DNA from: Alphaproteobacteria bacterium
Lineage (GTDB): Bacteria; Pseudomonadota; Alphaproteobacteria; RF32; CAG-239
Assembly: GCA_047975765.1 (NCBI GenBank)
Contig: JBKEEF010000012.1
Span: 210,995 to 274,994, forward strand
Reading direction: 5' to 3'
DNA: 64,000 nucleotides
The notes under the pieces are model-generated. The model worked only from the letters and a program-made list of their open reading frames with translations. It ran no database searches and was not told the DNA's origin. Shown piece by piece: positions 18,261 through 28,008 of this stretch (its first letter is position 1; every line of letters begins with the position of its first letter). The translations under genes were made by a program, and so were the position numbers.

Positions 18261-18432
18261 ATTCCCAATTTTTACCCTTATCATCTGTTGATGATTTTGT
18301 TGTATTTGTTGTAGCTTTAACTGTTGAAGAAACTGTATCGCCAGTTGTTGTGAAAGCATCTTTAGTGGTCATAATTTCTGAACAACCCGAGAGAAAGAAA
18401 GCTCCAACCAACAATAAAAACATCTTTTTCAT
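18250..18432 (-). CDS. Small Thr-rich lipoprotein (60 aa)
   Basis: SD aaggag, MKKM, lipobox FLSGC; stop overlaps start of DUF4105 gene. Confidence 0.75.
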   Translation of the reverse strand: MKKMFLLLVGAFFLSGCSEIMTTKDAFTTTGDTVSSTVKATTNTTKSSTDDKGKNWEYDE

Positions 18433-18586
18433 AAGATTACACTCCTTACGTCTTATTAAAAATGAGATTTTAACAAAAGAAAAAATGAAATCAACATCAC
18501 TTTCCAACTTATGCAAAAAAGACAATTCAGGTTGATTGTTCAGAAAAGATATAATAAACAAATAGAATATATAATTTTATAAAGCA

Positions 18587-19477
18587 ATGAACATGACTTA
18601 TTTTCTTCTTTCTCTCGCTTCAATTTTTTGGGGTGGAAATTATGTGGTTGGCAGTGTATTGGTCAAAACTGCAAATCCACTTCTGCTATCTTTTCTGAGA
18701 TGGCTTTTAACATCAGCACTTTTGCTAGGACTATATCGCAAATTTATTCCTGGAAATCTTCCAAAAATCAGAAAAAACTTTGGTGTTATCTTCATTCTTG
18801 CACTACTTGGACAAGTTATGTTTCCAACAACGCTTTATGTTGGTTTGCAATATACTTCAGCACTCAATGCAGCGATATATCTTTCTGCCACCCCTGCTGT
18901 TGTCCTGCTTATCAATAAATTATTCTTCAAAGAAAAAATAACAAAATCTAATATTTTGGGGGTTTCTCTAAGTACTTTTGGTGTCCTTTTTTTATTATTA
19001 AAAGGGAACATCCTTGATCTTTCGAAGTTTAAAAACATTAACAGTGGAGAAGTCTGGACAATTATATCCGCTCTCAGCTGGGCTTTTTATTGTTCTTTTC
19101 TACGATTAAAAGATAAAACAATTAATGGCAAAGCCTTTCTGACAACTTGTTCTGTAATTGGTACAATTATCCTGCTTCCTCTGACTATTGTATACTGTCA
19201 TTATTATAATCCAGTCGAAAGCTTCTCAGGATATTTTGAAATTGGCTTTCTATCAGGTTTAATATATTTGGTTCTCTTTCCTTCTTGGCTTGCCTATTTG
19301 TTCTGGAATAAAGGAATTTTAGAAATTGGTTCAACCAGAGGAGAGATATATACACATCTTATTCCACTTTCAGGTGGATTGTTCAGTGTTTTATTTTTGG
19401 GCGTTTCTTTAGAGAGCTTTCATGCCATTAGCTCTATCTTCATTCTTCTTGGAATTTATTTTTGTTCAAAAAAATGA
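18587..19477 (+). CDS. DMT/EamA family permease
   Basis: 10 TM helices, FWGGNY, GLQYTSALNA, LAYLFWNKG. Confidence 0.92.
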   Translation: MNMTYFLLSLASIFWGGNYVVGSVLVKTANPLLLSFLRWLLTSALLLGLYRKFIPGNLPKIRKNFGVIFILALLGQVMFPTTLYVGLQYTSALNAAIYLSATPAVVLLINKLFFKEKITKSNILGVSLSTFGVLFLLLKGNILDLSKFKNINSGEVWTIISALSWAFYCSFLRLKDKTINGKAFLTTCSVIGTIILLPLTIVYCHYYNPVESFSGYFEIGFLSGLIYLVLFPSWLAYLFWNKGILEIGSTRGEIYTHLIPLSGGLFSVLFLGVSLESFHAISSIFILLGIYFCSKK

Positions 19478-19593
19478 ACTTTTTCATTTTTCAATCGTTA
19501 TAATTGATATTGGGGCTTTATGACTAAAATATAGATGATTATTTAAACTTTATATTTTATCATATCTCTCAAATTTTGATGATTAAGGATTAG

Positions 19594-20778
19594 ATGATGA
19601 ACAAGAAGAAGACAGGAAAAAAAATATTTTTGGTTTTAATTTTATTTGCCATTGCTTTAGGTGGATATTTTTACTTCCATGACGGTGAAGAAAAGTTCAC
19701 TTATATTACTGAAAATGTTCACAAACAAGACATTCAAAAAACAGTTAATGCAACGGGTGAAGTTCGTGCCGTTGACTTAGTCACTGTTGGTGCTCAAGCC
19801 TCTGGTAAAATTGAAAAGCTATATATTGCCATTGGTCAAGACGTCAAAAAAGGCGATTTAATTGCTCAAATTGACTCAACAACACAACAAAATGAAGTGG
19901 ATAAAATCAAGGCAAAACTAAATAGTTATGAAGCCCAACTCATTGCTGCAAATGTTTCTTATAAAGTTGCTGAGAAAAAATATAATCGCCAAAAGAAGCT
20001 ATATCAGCAAAAAGCAACATCTCAAGAAGATATGGAAAATGCTGAGGAAACCTATGAAAACGCAAAAGCTCAAATGGAACAAATTATCGCCTCTCTCAAA
20101 GAAAATAGAATTTCCCTCAGCACTGCTGAAACAAATTTAGGCTATACAAAAATCACTTCTCCACTTGATGGAACGATTGTTTCTGTTCCAGTCAAAGAAG
20201 GACAAACAGTTAATGCGGCAATGAACACACCAACAATTGTTCAAATTGCCAATCTTGATAAGATGGAAATTGTCATCGAAATTTCAGAAGGTGATATTCT
20301 CAATATCAAACCTGAAGATAAAGTGACTTATTCGATTTTAGCAAACCTAGATAAGACTTATGAAACGACACTCAAATCTATTGATCCAGGCTTAACTTCC
20401 CTCAGCAATGGAGAATATACAGAAGTCGTTTCTTCCAGTGAAGCAATTTATTATTACGGAAGACTTATTGTTGACAACCTCGATGGCGAACTCCGCATTG
20501 GTATGACCACACAAAATGTGATTTTTGTTGAAGCAGCAAAAGATGTTTTGACAATTCCAGCGACAGCAATCAAAGGCAATGGTAGTGGGAAATATGTTAA
20601 CATTCTTCTTCCAAATGGAAAAACAGAGGAAAGAAAAATCGTCACTGGTGTTTCCGATGGTTTTAATGTTGAAGTCACTGAAGGCTTAACTGAAGGTCAA
20701 AAAGTTATTGTAGCTCAACTTTCTTCTGAACAAATTTCTGAAAAAGCGACTGTTAAAAGAGGTCCAAGAGGGTTTTAG
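19594..20778 (+). CDS. macA: MacA-family membrane fusion protein
   Basis: ATGEV, VGAQASGKI, VKKGDLIAQID, NLGYTKITSPLDGT, GQTVNAAMNTP. Confidence 0.9.
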   Translation: MMNKKKTGKKIFLVLILFAIALGGYFYFHDGEEKFTYITENVHKQDIQKTVNATGEVRAVDLVTVGAQASGKIEKLYIAIGQDVKKGDLIAQIDSTTQQNEVDKIKAKLNSYEAQLIAANVSYKVAEKKYNRQKKLYQQKATSQEDMENAEETYENAKAQMEQIIASLKENRISLSTAETNLGYTKITSPLDGTIVSVPVKEGQTVNAAMNTPTIVQIANLDKMEIVIEISEGDILNIKPEDKVTYSILANLDKTYETTLKSIDPGLTSLSNGEYTEVVSSSEAIYYYGRLIVDNLDGELRIGMTTQNVIFVEAAKDVLTIPATAIKGNGSGKYVNILLPNGKTEERKIVTGVSDGFNVEVTEGLTEGQKVIVAQLSSEQISEKATVKRGPRGF

Positions 20779-20781
20779 AAA

Positions 20782-22722
20782 ATGAATATTATTGAAATCA
20801 AAAACATCAATAAGATTTTTGGAAATGAAGGTAACCAAGTTCATGCCCTTAAAAATGTCAATTTCTCAGTAGAAAAAGGGGATTTTGTTGCCATTATTGG
20901 ACAATCCGGCTCAGGAAAATCAACATTAATGAATATTATTGGCTGTTTAGATGTGCCAACTTCTGGTGAATATAAAATCAACGGTGTTGAAGTGAGCAAG
21001 ATGAATTCTGACCAATTAGCAGAACTCAGATGCCAAACCTTTGGATTTATTTTTCAAAGATATAACCTTCTTACAAACCTTAAAGCAACTGACAATGCAG
21101 CTCTTCCAGCTATTTATGCTGGTGTCGATGCTGATGAAAGAAACCATAGAGCAGAGAAAATTCTGAGTACGCTTGATTTGGCAGATAAATATAATAGTCG
21201 TCCCAATGAACTTTCTGGTGGGCAACAACAAAGAGTGAGTATTGCACGAGCTTTGATGAATGGTGGAGATATCATTTTGGCTGATGAGCCAACTGGTGCA
21301 CTGGATTCAAAAAGCGGTGAAAACGTGATGGAAATCATCAAAGAACTTCACAAAAAGGGACATACTGTCATTTTAGTAACCCACGATAAAAGCATTGCTG
21401 CGCAAGCTAGTCGAACAATTGAAATCAAAGATGGTGAAATTATTGCAGATATCAGAAGAGCAGATGATATTTATGAGATGAAAGATAAACTTAAACAAGT
21501 TGAAAGAGGAAAACTTGCACATTTCAAGTATAGCCTTATGGAAGCTTTCAATATGTCTGTTCATGCTATTATTTCTAATAAAATGCGTTCACTTTTAACG
21601 ATGCTTGGCATTATTATTGGAATTGCTTCTGTTGTCTCTGTGGTCGCTCTGGGAAATGCTTCTCAAGCAAAAATTATGGAACGAATTAATTCTATGGGCA
21701 CGAATACCATTGATATCCTTCCTGGAAAAGGGTTTGGGGATATGCGTTCTGGAAGAGTTAAATCACTAAAAGTGAGCGATTCAGATTATCTCTCCAAACA
21801 AAACTTCATTGAAAATGCAACGCCTAATGTGAATGCAAATGGCACATTGGTTTATGAAAATAGTTCTGTAACTGCACAGTTGACAGGGGTTGGAGCAGAG
21901 TTTTTTGATGTGAAAGGGAAAAAGATTTCAGAAGGAAGAATTTTCACGCAAGATGAAGCTAGAAACATGGCATCTGTTGTTGTCATTGATGACAACACAC
22001 TAAAAGAAATTTTTCCAAACAATCCAAACCCTGTCGGGGAAGTTATCATTTTCAACAAAAAACCTTTAGTGATTATTGGTGTAACTGAAAAAGATAATAG
22101 CCCTGGTCCAATGGCAGATTCAATGAAACTTTGGACACCATATACAACTGCGATGTATAAAATCAATGGCAGTAATGACATTAATACAATCACTGTTAAA
22201 ATTTCTGACAACATCAATTCCCAAGTTGCGGAAGAAAGTATTGATGAAATTCTTACGGCTCTTCATGGAAAAAAAGATTTTTTTATGATTAATACGGATA
22301 GCATTAAGCAAACGGTTGAAAGTACAACAAACACAATGAAGCTTCTCATTTCAAGCATTGCTGTTATTTCGCTTATTGTTGGTGGAATTGGTGTAATGAA
22401 TATCATGTTAGTTTCCGTCACAGAAAGAACCAGAGAAATTGGAATCCGTATGGCAATTGGAGCCAAACAAAGAGATATTTTGCAACAATTTCTCATTGAA
22501 GCAATTTTAATCTGCGTAATTGGTGGTTTTTTAGGTGTAAGTCTTTCTATTGCTTTGGGAACAGCTCTCAACAGCTTCTCTGAAAATTTTGGAATGGATT
22601 TCTCAACAGCCTCAATTATCTTAGCCCTAACTTGTTCAACAGCAATTGGTATAATCTTTGGATATATGCCAGCGAAAAATGCTTCTGAACTCAACCCTAT
22701 CGATGCTTTAGCGAGTGAATAA
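20782..22722 (+). CDS. macB: MacB-family ABC transporter (ATPase-permease fusion)
   Basis: GQSGSGKST, LSGGQQQR, ADEPTGALD, MRSLLTMLGIIIGIASV, VSVTERTREIGIRMAIGA. Confidence 0.95.
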   Translation: MNIIEIKNINKIFGNEGNQVHALKNVNFSVEKGDFVAIIGQSGSGKSTLMNIIGCLDVPTSGEYKINGVEVSKMNSDQLAELRCQTFGFIFQRYNLLTNLKATDNAALPAIYAGVDADERNHRAEKILSTLDLADKYNSRPNELSGGQQQRVSIARALMNGGDIILADEPTGALDSKSGENVMEIIKELHKKGHTVILVTHDKSIAAQASRTIEIKDGEIIADIRRADDIYEMKDKLKQVERGKLAHFKYSLMEAFNMSVHAIISNKMRSLLTMLGIIIGIASVVSVVALGNASQAKIMERINSMGTNTIDILPGKGFGDMRSGRVKSLKVSDSDYLSKQNFIENATPNVNANGTLVYENSSVTAQLTGVGAEFFDVKGKKISEGRIFTQDEARNMASVVVIDDNTLKEIFPNNPNPVGEVIIFNKKPLVIIGVTEKDNSPGPMADSMKLWTPYTTAMYKINGSNDINTITVKISDNINSQVAEESIDEILTALHGKKDFFMINTDSIKQTVESTTNTMKLLISSIAVISLIVGGIGVMNIMLVSVTERTREIGIRMAIGAKQRDILQQFLIEAILICVIGGFLGVSLSIALGTALNSFSENFGMDFSTASIILALTCSTAIGIIFGYMPAKNASELNPIDALASE

Positions 22723-24089
22723 TGATGAAAAATATTTTTATAAAATGTCTCTTAATATGTTTGCTTTTGAGCAGTTGCTCAAGTGCTAAATATGACAAAC
22801 CAACTTTATCTGAAGAACTTGGTCATGACGAAAATATTTCTCAAAATTTTAACATTCAAAAAGACTGGTGGAAAGGATACAACAATAAGGAACTTAATAA
22901 CCTTATCGAACTTGCATTGAAGAACAATCCTGATAATTTGAAGGCAGCACTCCAAATTGAGAAAGAGCTTTATAATTTGAATTTAGCAACCACAGACTTA
23001 TTTCCAACACTTGGTGGAAACCTCTCAACCTCTTCTCAAAGAAGAATTGATAAGCATGACAATGCTTCAAAGAACTTTTCAGGAGAAGCAAGCTTGAACT
23101 ATGAACTCGATTTGTATGGGAAAATAAGAGATGCAAAGGCGGCTCAAGAATTTGAATATGAGGCCACAATTTTGGATAAAGAAGCAGCAGAACTCGCTCT
23201 TGTTAATAACGTAGTTGATTTATATTTTAACCTCTCATATCTCAACGATTCAATCCAAATAAGCAAACAAAATGTTGAAAACTATACCAAAATTTATAAG
23301 ATTGTGAATGCTAAATTTCAATCAGGTCAAATTGATGAACTTGACGTCACAAAAGCCAGACAAAGCTTGGTTTCTGAAAAAATTAAACTTCTTGATTTGG
23401 AAACACAATTCAGTGACCTTGAAAGAAGTTTGAAAAACATTGTAAACCTCAAACCAAATGAACCTCTCAACTTGAGTTATATTCCTGTTCTCAAACAAGA
23501 AACCCTCGTTGTTGATTTGAATGTTCCTCTTGCTGTTTTGTCTGAAAGACCAGACTTAAAAGCAAGCCAACTTCGCTTAGAAAAAGCTTTCAAAAATATG
23601 GAAATCCAAGACAAGAACTGGTATCCAAATGTTTCGCTTAGAGGGGTTCTTGGATCAAGTTCCAATAAAGCAAGAACTACATTCGATTTTCCATATATCT
23701 TAGGAAGTGTTGGGGTCGATTTACCTTTTCTCGATTGGAATAGAGTAAAAAATAACATCAAAATTTCTGAAGCTGATTATCAAATTGAGTTAGTTAACTT
23801 CAAAGATACCTTCACACAAGCACTGAATGAAACAGCATATTATTCTTATGCTTATGACAAAACGTCTGACTCTTTAAGTTTTGTTGAACAAAAATATCAA
23901 GACAGTCAAAAACAGACCAAATATTATCAAGAAAGATACGACACTGGCAAAATTGAACTCAAAGATTTATTAGATGCAATAAACAGTGAAAATTCAGCAC
24001 AAATTGAACTCATCAAGCAGAAATATATGGTTGTCAAATATGAAGGCTATGTCTACAAATCCCTCGCTGGAAAATATAGCAAAATTTAA
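22722..24089 (+). CDS. TolC/NodT-family outer-membrane efflux lipoprotein
   Basis: Lipobox LSSC, WWKGYNNKELNNLI, YELDLYG, ERPDL; translationally coupled to macB. Confidence 0.9.
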   Translation: MMKNIFIKCLLICLLLSSCSSAKYDKPTLSEELGHDENISQNFNIQKDWWKGYNNKELNNLIELALKNNPDNLKAALQIEKELYNLNLATTDLFPTLGGNLSTSSQRRIDKHDNASKNFSGEASLNYELDLYGKIRDAKAAQEFEYEATILDKEAAELALVNNVVDLYFNLSYLNDSIQISKQNVENYTKIYKIVNAKFQSGQIDELDVTKARQSLVSEKIKLLDLETQFSDLERSLKNIVNLKPNEPLNLSYIPVLKQETLVVDLNVPLAVLSERPDLKASQLRLEKAFKNMEIQDKNWYPNVSLRGVLGSSSNKARTTFDFPYILGSVGVDLPFLDWNRVKNNIKISEADYQIELVNFKDTFTQALNETAYYSYAYDKTSDSLSFVEQKYQDSQKQTKYYQERYDTGKIELKDLLDAINSENSAQIELIKQKYMVVKYEGYVYKSLAGKYSKI

Positions 24090-24598
24090 TTGTTAATCTC
24101 AGAAGCTTCATAATAAGAACCTAAAAAGACAAGGATGATAGCCAAAATGAACAATAAAATTGCCCAATTATTGACTCCTCCTAGTTTTGCCATCTTTTCT
24201 TTGACTTCCTCAAAATTGCTCTGTCCATAACCAGATTTTTCTGCATCTTTGAAAAACTTTTCAGTGTAAAAAGGGAAAGCCGTGACAGCACAAAAAGCAG
24301 AAAAAGCAATATTCACATATTTAGGAGGAAGAGGAATGTATTCGAAAAAAAACGTTGCTACAAAAATTGCGAGTGCAATAAAATACATTTTTCTATATAT
24401 AAAATAGAACATTCCACCAAAAAATGCCCAAACATTAAAAAGACCACTCATAACTTTTCCATTTTTATAATTGTTTTTTATGGCTTTGAAATGCTTTTCA
24501 ACTTGTTTTGGTTTTCCAAGATGAACTTCCAAAAGCTGTCTTAGTTCATCGTCATTAGAAATTAATTGTTCTCTCACCTTATTTGTCGCATTAATCAT
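24086..24598 (-). CDS. DUF2628 family membrane protein
   Basis: FNVWAFFGGMFYFIYRKMY motif; C-terminal GG..W TM helix. Confidence 0.8.
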   Translation of the reverse strand: MINATNKVREQLISNDDELRQLLEVHLGKPKQVEKHFKAIKNNYKNGKVMSGLFNVWAFFGGMFYFIYRKMYFIALAIFVATFFFEYIPLPPKYVNIAFSAFCAVTAFPFYTEKFFKDAEKSGYGQSNFEEVKEKMAKLGGVNNWAILLFILAIILVFLGSYYEASEINN

Positions 24599-24736
24599 TT
24601 ACAAAGCTCCCTTAAAACGTTTTATTTATTTTTAGTAGTATTTTATATTAAAATCAATTTTTTTATTAAGATTATCCTATTTACTCTTATGAAATAGATT
24701 GATATAAGAAAACTTATCAAAAAACAAGAGGTAGAT

Positions 24737-26557
24737 ATGATAGATATTAATGACATCACAGTTCGTATTGGCACAAAAGTTTTGCTCGAGAAGGCAACTG
24801 CTCACATTTCTGACGGGCAAAAGCTTGGTATTGTTGGGGCAAATGGTTGTGGTAAATCTACCCTTTTCAAAGTGTTGAAAAACGAACTTGAAACTGAAAC
24901 AGGTTCTGTTTTCATGACCCCTGCCCACAAAATTGCTTTTGTTGAGCAAGAATTTGCAGATTTTGGTGTCAGACTTATCGATTTTGTTTTGAACAAAGAT
25001 GTTGAGCGAAAAGAACTCTTGGAACAACTTGAGACCGCATCAGATATGGAACTTTCAGCCATTTATGAAAGACTGAATATGATTGAGGCTTCTTCTGCCG
25101 AAGCAAGAGCAGCATCTATTCTAAATGGTTTAGGTTTTAGCAATTCTGACCTTCAAAAACCAATCAAAGAATTTTCTGGTGGGTGGCAAATGAGAATGGC
25201 TCTTGCTGCAACACTTTTCCAGCCTTCAGACATTTTGCTCCTTGATGAACCAACAAATCACTTAGACTTAGAAGCGAGTATTTGGCTTGAAAGCCATTTG
25301 CAAAGATATACAGGAACACTCCTTCTCATCAGCCATGATAGACATATTTTAAATGCAATTTGTAACTATATCATCCATTTTGACAACCAAAAACTTGTCA
25401 CTTATTCTGGCGATTATGACACCTTCAAAAAAACAAGAGATATGCAGAAGATTTTGCTCCAGAAACAAGCTGTGAAGCAAGAAAAAAAGAAGGAACATTT
25501 GCAGTCTTTCGTAGATAGATTTAGATATAAAGCTTCCAAGGCTAAACAAGCACAAAGTCGTATCAAAATGCTAGAAAAGATGGATGATATTGCACTCATT
25601 GAAGACAGTGCTGCAACCAGATTTTCATTTCCTAATCCGCCAGAACTTTCGCCTCCACTCATTAATGTTGAAGATGGTGTGATAGGCTATGGTGAAAAGG
25701 TAGTACTCAGAAATCTAAATTTCAGCATTGGTGAAGAAGACAGAATTGCCCTTCTTGGAGCAAACGGAAACGGAAAATCAACACTCGCAAAACTCATTGC
25801 TGACCGTCTCAAATTAATGGAAGGAAAAATCCACCGCAATAGCAAGCTAAAAGTTGGATATTTTGCACAACACCAAGCTGAAGAACTTCCGCTTGATCAA
25901 ACCCCAACAGAATTTATGTCTCGTTTGATGAATGAAAATTCTGAAAGCAAAGTACGTTCCCATTTGGCAGGTTTTGGTTTGGAAAAAGAAAAAGCACTTA
26001 CGATTATTGAAAAACTTTCTGGTGGTGAAAAAGCAAAGCTTTTATTTGCTGCAATGAGCTATGATGCACCTTCTCTTCTCATTTTAGACGAACCTAACAA
26101 CCACTTGGATATGGAAGCAAGAGATGCTTTGGTCACAGCCGTCAACAATTATAGTGGTGCAGTCATTCTCATCACCCATGATTTGCACCTCATTGAGTTG
26201 ATTGCTGATGACCTATGGCTGGTTAAAGATGGAAGATGCAAAAGTTTTGATGGTGATCTGCAAGACTATCGTAACATTTTACTCAACACAGATTCAGATA
26301 AAAAACAAAATGCAAAAAAAGAAAAAGTTGAAAAGAAAAAAGTGGATTATAATGAGGCTAAACTCATCACTTCTCAAATCAAAAGACTAGAACGTGAACT
26401 TGATAAACTTCACCTCAAAAAAGAAGAAATTGAGCTCAAATTTGCCGAACTTTCTGACCCACAAGAAATTGTTTCGCTTCAAAAAGACTTAGCTTATGTT
26501 CAAAATCAAATGAATAGTGTTGAACAAGAATGGCTTGACTTAAGTGAGAAAATATAA
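24737..26557 (+). CDS. ABC-F family ATPase (YheS-like)
   Basis: Two NBDs ([27 protein letters not shown]; GANGNGKST, LSGGEK), no TM, C-terminal coiled coil. Confidence 0.95.
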   Translation: MIDINDITVRIGTKVLLEKATAHISDGQKLGIVGANGCGKSTLFKVLKNELETETGSVFMTPAHKIAFVEQEFADFGVRLIDFVLNKDVERKELLEQLETASDMELSAIYERLNMIEASSAEARAASILNGLGFSNSDLQKPIKEFSGGWQMRMALAATLFQPSDILLLDEPTNHLDLEASIWLESHLQRYTGTLLLISHDRHILNAICNYIIHFDNQKLVTYSGDYDTFKKTRDMQKILLQKQAVKQEKKKEHLQSFVDRFRYKASKAKQAQSRIKMLEKMDDIALIEDSAATRFSFPNPPELSPPLINVEDGVIGYGEKVVLRNLNFSIGEEDRIALLGANGNGKSTLAKLIADRLKLMEGKIHRNSKLKVGYFAQHQAEELPLDQTPTEFMSRLMNENSESKVRSHLAGFGLEKEKALTIIEKLSGGEKAKLLFAAMSYDAPSLLILDEPNNHLDMEARDALVTAVNNYSGAVILITHDLHLIELIADDLWLVKDGRCKSFDGDLQDYRNILLNTDSDKKQNAKKEKVEKKKVDYNEAKLITSQIKRLERELDKLHLKKEEIELKFAELSDPQEIVSLQKDLAYVQNQMNSVEQEWLDLSEKI

Positions 26558-27009
26558 TGGTTGAAATTTATATTGATGCAGACTCCTGCCCTGTTAAAAA
26601 TGAAGTAATCAAGGTTGCGGAAAGACATAAAATTAACATTAATGTCGCCAGTAATTCTTGGCTCAGATTTGGGGAGACCCTCATTGAAATCAAACAAGTT
26701 ATACTTCCCAAAACACCTGATGCAGCAGATAACTGGATTGCTGAAAATATCAAAAAAAATGACATTGTCATCACCAATGATATTCCACTTGCCAGCAGAT
26801 GTTTAGAAGTTGGTGCTTTTGCCATTCGTGCGAATGGAACGGAATTTACACCAGATAATATTGGTATGTCTCTTGGCATGAGAGAGCTAAATAATTTCCT
26901 CAGAGAAGTTGGTGAAAAATCAAATTCTCACGCAAGCTTCTCCCCAAAAGACCGTTCAAATTTCCTCAGTGGACTAGAAGTCCTCGTCCAAAAAGCCAAA
27001 AGAGGATAA
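26557..27009 (+). CDS. YaiI/YqxD (DUF188) family protein
   Basis: IYIDADSCPVK, DAADNWI, ITNDIPLA; TAATG coupling to ABC-F gene. Confidence 0.93.
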   Translation: MVEIYIDADSCPVKNEVIKVAERHKININVASNSWLRFGETLIEIKQVILPKTPDAADNWIAENIKKNDIVITNDIPLASRCLEVGAFAIRANGTEFTPDNIGMSLGMRELNNFLREVGEKSNSHASFSPKDRSNFLSGLEVLVQKAKRG

Positions 27010-27098
27010 TTAAATTTAATTAATAATAGATATTTAATTTTTTTGATTAAAACGCTATTTTTATGAATATATTATAAGGTTGAAAAAAGGATATTTAT

Positions 27099-27281
27099 AT
27101 GAACTTATTAAGCAAATTAAAAGAAATCAATAAATATCTTGATAAGCTTCATAATAACAAAGTTTACATTGGTGATGTTATTCCTAATACATGGAAAAAA
27201 ATAGGAAAAGCCTTTCTTATTTTTGCACTAATTATTTTAGGTTTAGTCGTTTTCACAATTATTTTATCTTTTTTCTTTTAA
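27099..27281 (+). CDS. Small membrane protein (60 aa)
   Basis: SD aagga, C-terminal TM helix, converges on terminator at 27298. Confidence 0.55.
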   Translation: MNLLSKLKEINKYLDKLHNNKVYIGDVIPNTWKKIGKAFLIFALIILGLVVFTIILSFFF

Positions 27282-27297
27282 GTATCTTTATTAAGAT

Positions 27298-27333
27298 AAA
27301 ACCCCAGCCAAATCAAAACTAGGGTTGTTTTTA
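27298..27333. terminator. Bidirectional terminator candidate
   Basis: aaaccccag/ctagggttgttttt imperfect hairpin between convergent genes. Confidence 0.5.
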
Positions 27334-27339
27334 TATATT

Positions 27340-27633
27340 CTAACTCAGAAAGTCTTTGATAATTTCACCATAAATATCCCAATGTTGCCATATGAGAATT
27401 AAAGAAATTAATAAAATAGGTAGAGTAGAGATAAAAGAATAAAAGTCCTCATGCTTATAAATTTTATTCCACACTCCTAGTGATACAACAAAAGGAATCA
27501 AAAGAACAGTAGCTATAACAACGTAAAACAAAATAAAAGTTTTTGTAATCGCAATTTCATTTTGGACACTTAATATAAGTGCTACCACAAAAAAAACTAT
27601 AATATAATGTATAAAAAGTAGTATTCTTCTCAT
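27340..27633 (-). CDS. Small 3-TM membrane protein (candidate immunity protein)
   Basis: ATG at 27633 one base after the upstream stop; three hydrophobic segments. Confidence 0.65.
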   Translation of the reverse strand: MRRILLFIHYIIVFFVVALILSVQNEIAITKTFILFYVVIATVLLIPFVVSLGVWNKIYKHEDFYSFISTLPILLISLILIWQHWDIYGEIIKDFLS

Positions 27634-27634
27634 T

Positions 27635-27976
27635 TTATTTATCATTGCAAAATTTATCAAAATTACAACTTGAAGAAAGCATCACACCTCCAGATTTTTC
27701 ACAATATTCCTTGCTGATAGTCAAAATATTAAAATTACATATTTTATATTCTTCATTCCACAAAGCACCAACTTTTTGACAAAGCTCCTTTGTAACAACA
27801 CAAGGCTCTTTCCAACACGGAGGGCAAAATGGAAGTTCCGTTCCTTCTTTACAAATTGTATCCTCAGCACAATCATCTATTGGATTTAAATATCCATAAA
27901 TGAATAATCCAGAAAAAAATAAGAACACAAATAAAAAGAAAATATTTTCTTTATTCACTACAATCTCTTTTTTCAT
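27635..27976 (-). CDS. Membrane-anchored Cys-rich protein (candidate immunity protein)
   Basis: N-terminal TM, then 10 Cys; repeat TKELCQKVG / SKEYCEKSG. Confidence 0.75.
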   Translation of the reverse strand: MKKEIVVNKENIFFLFVFLFFSGLFIYGYLNPIDDCAEDTICKEGTELPFCPPCWKEPCVVTKELCQKVGALWNEEYKICNFNILTISKEYCEKSGGVMLSSSCNFDKFCNDK

Positions 27977-28008
27977 TATTAACCTTTCTGTGTTTATTTT
28001 TGTGATAT

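Noticed and set aside
18261-18359. Gln-rich N-terminal extension (MLSQQLAIQFLQQLKLQQ...) of the DUF4105 ORF
   Set aside because: It is the alternate-frame reading of the Thr-rich small lipoprotein; ATG 18260 starts a normal signal peptide.
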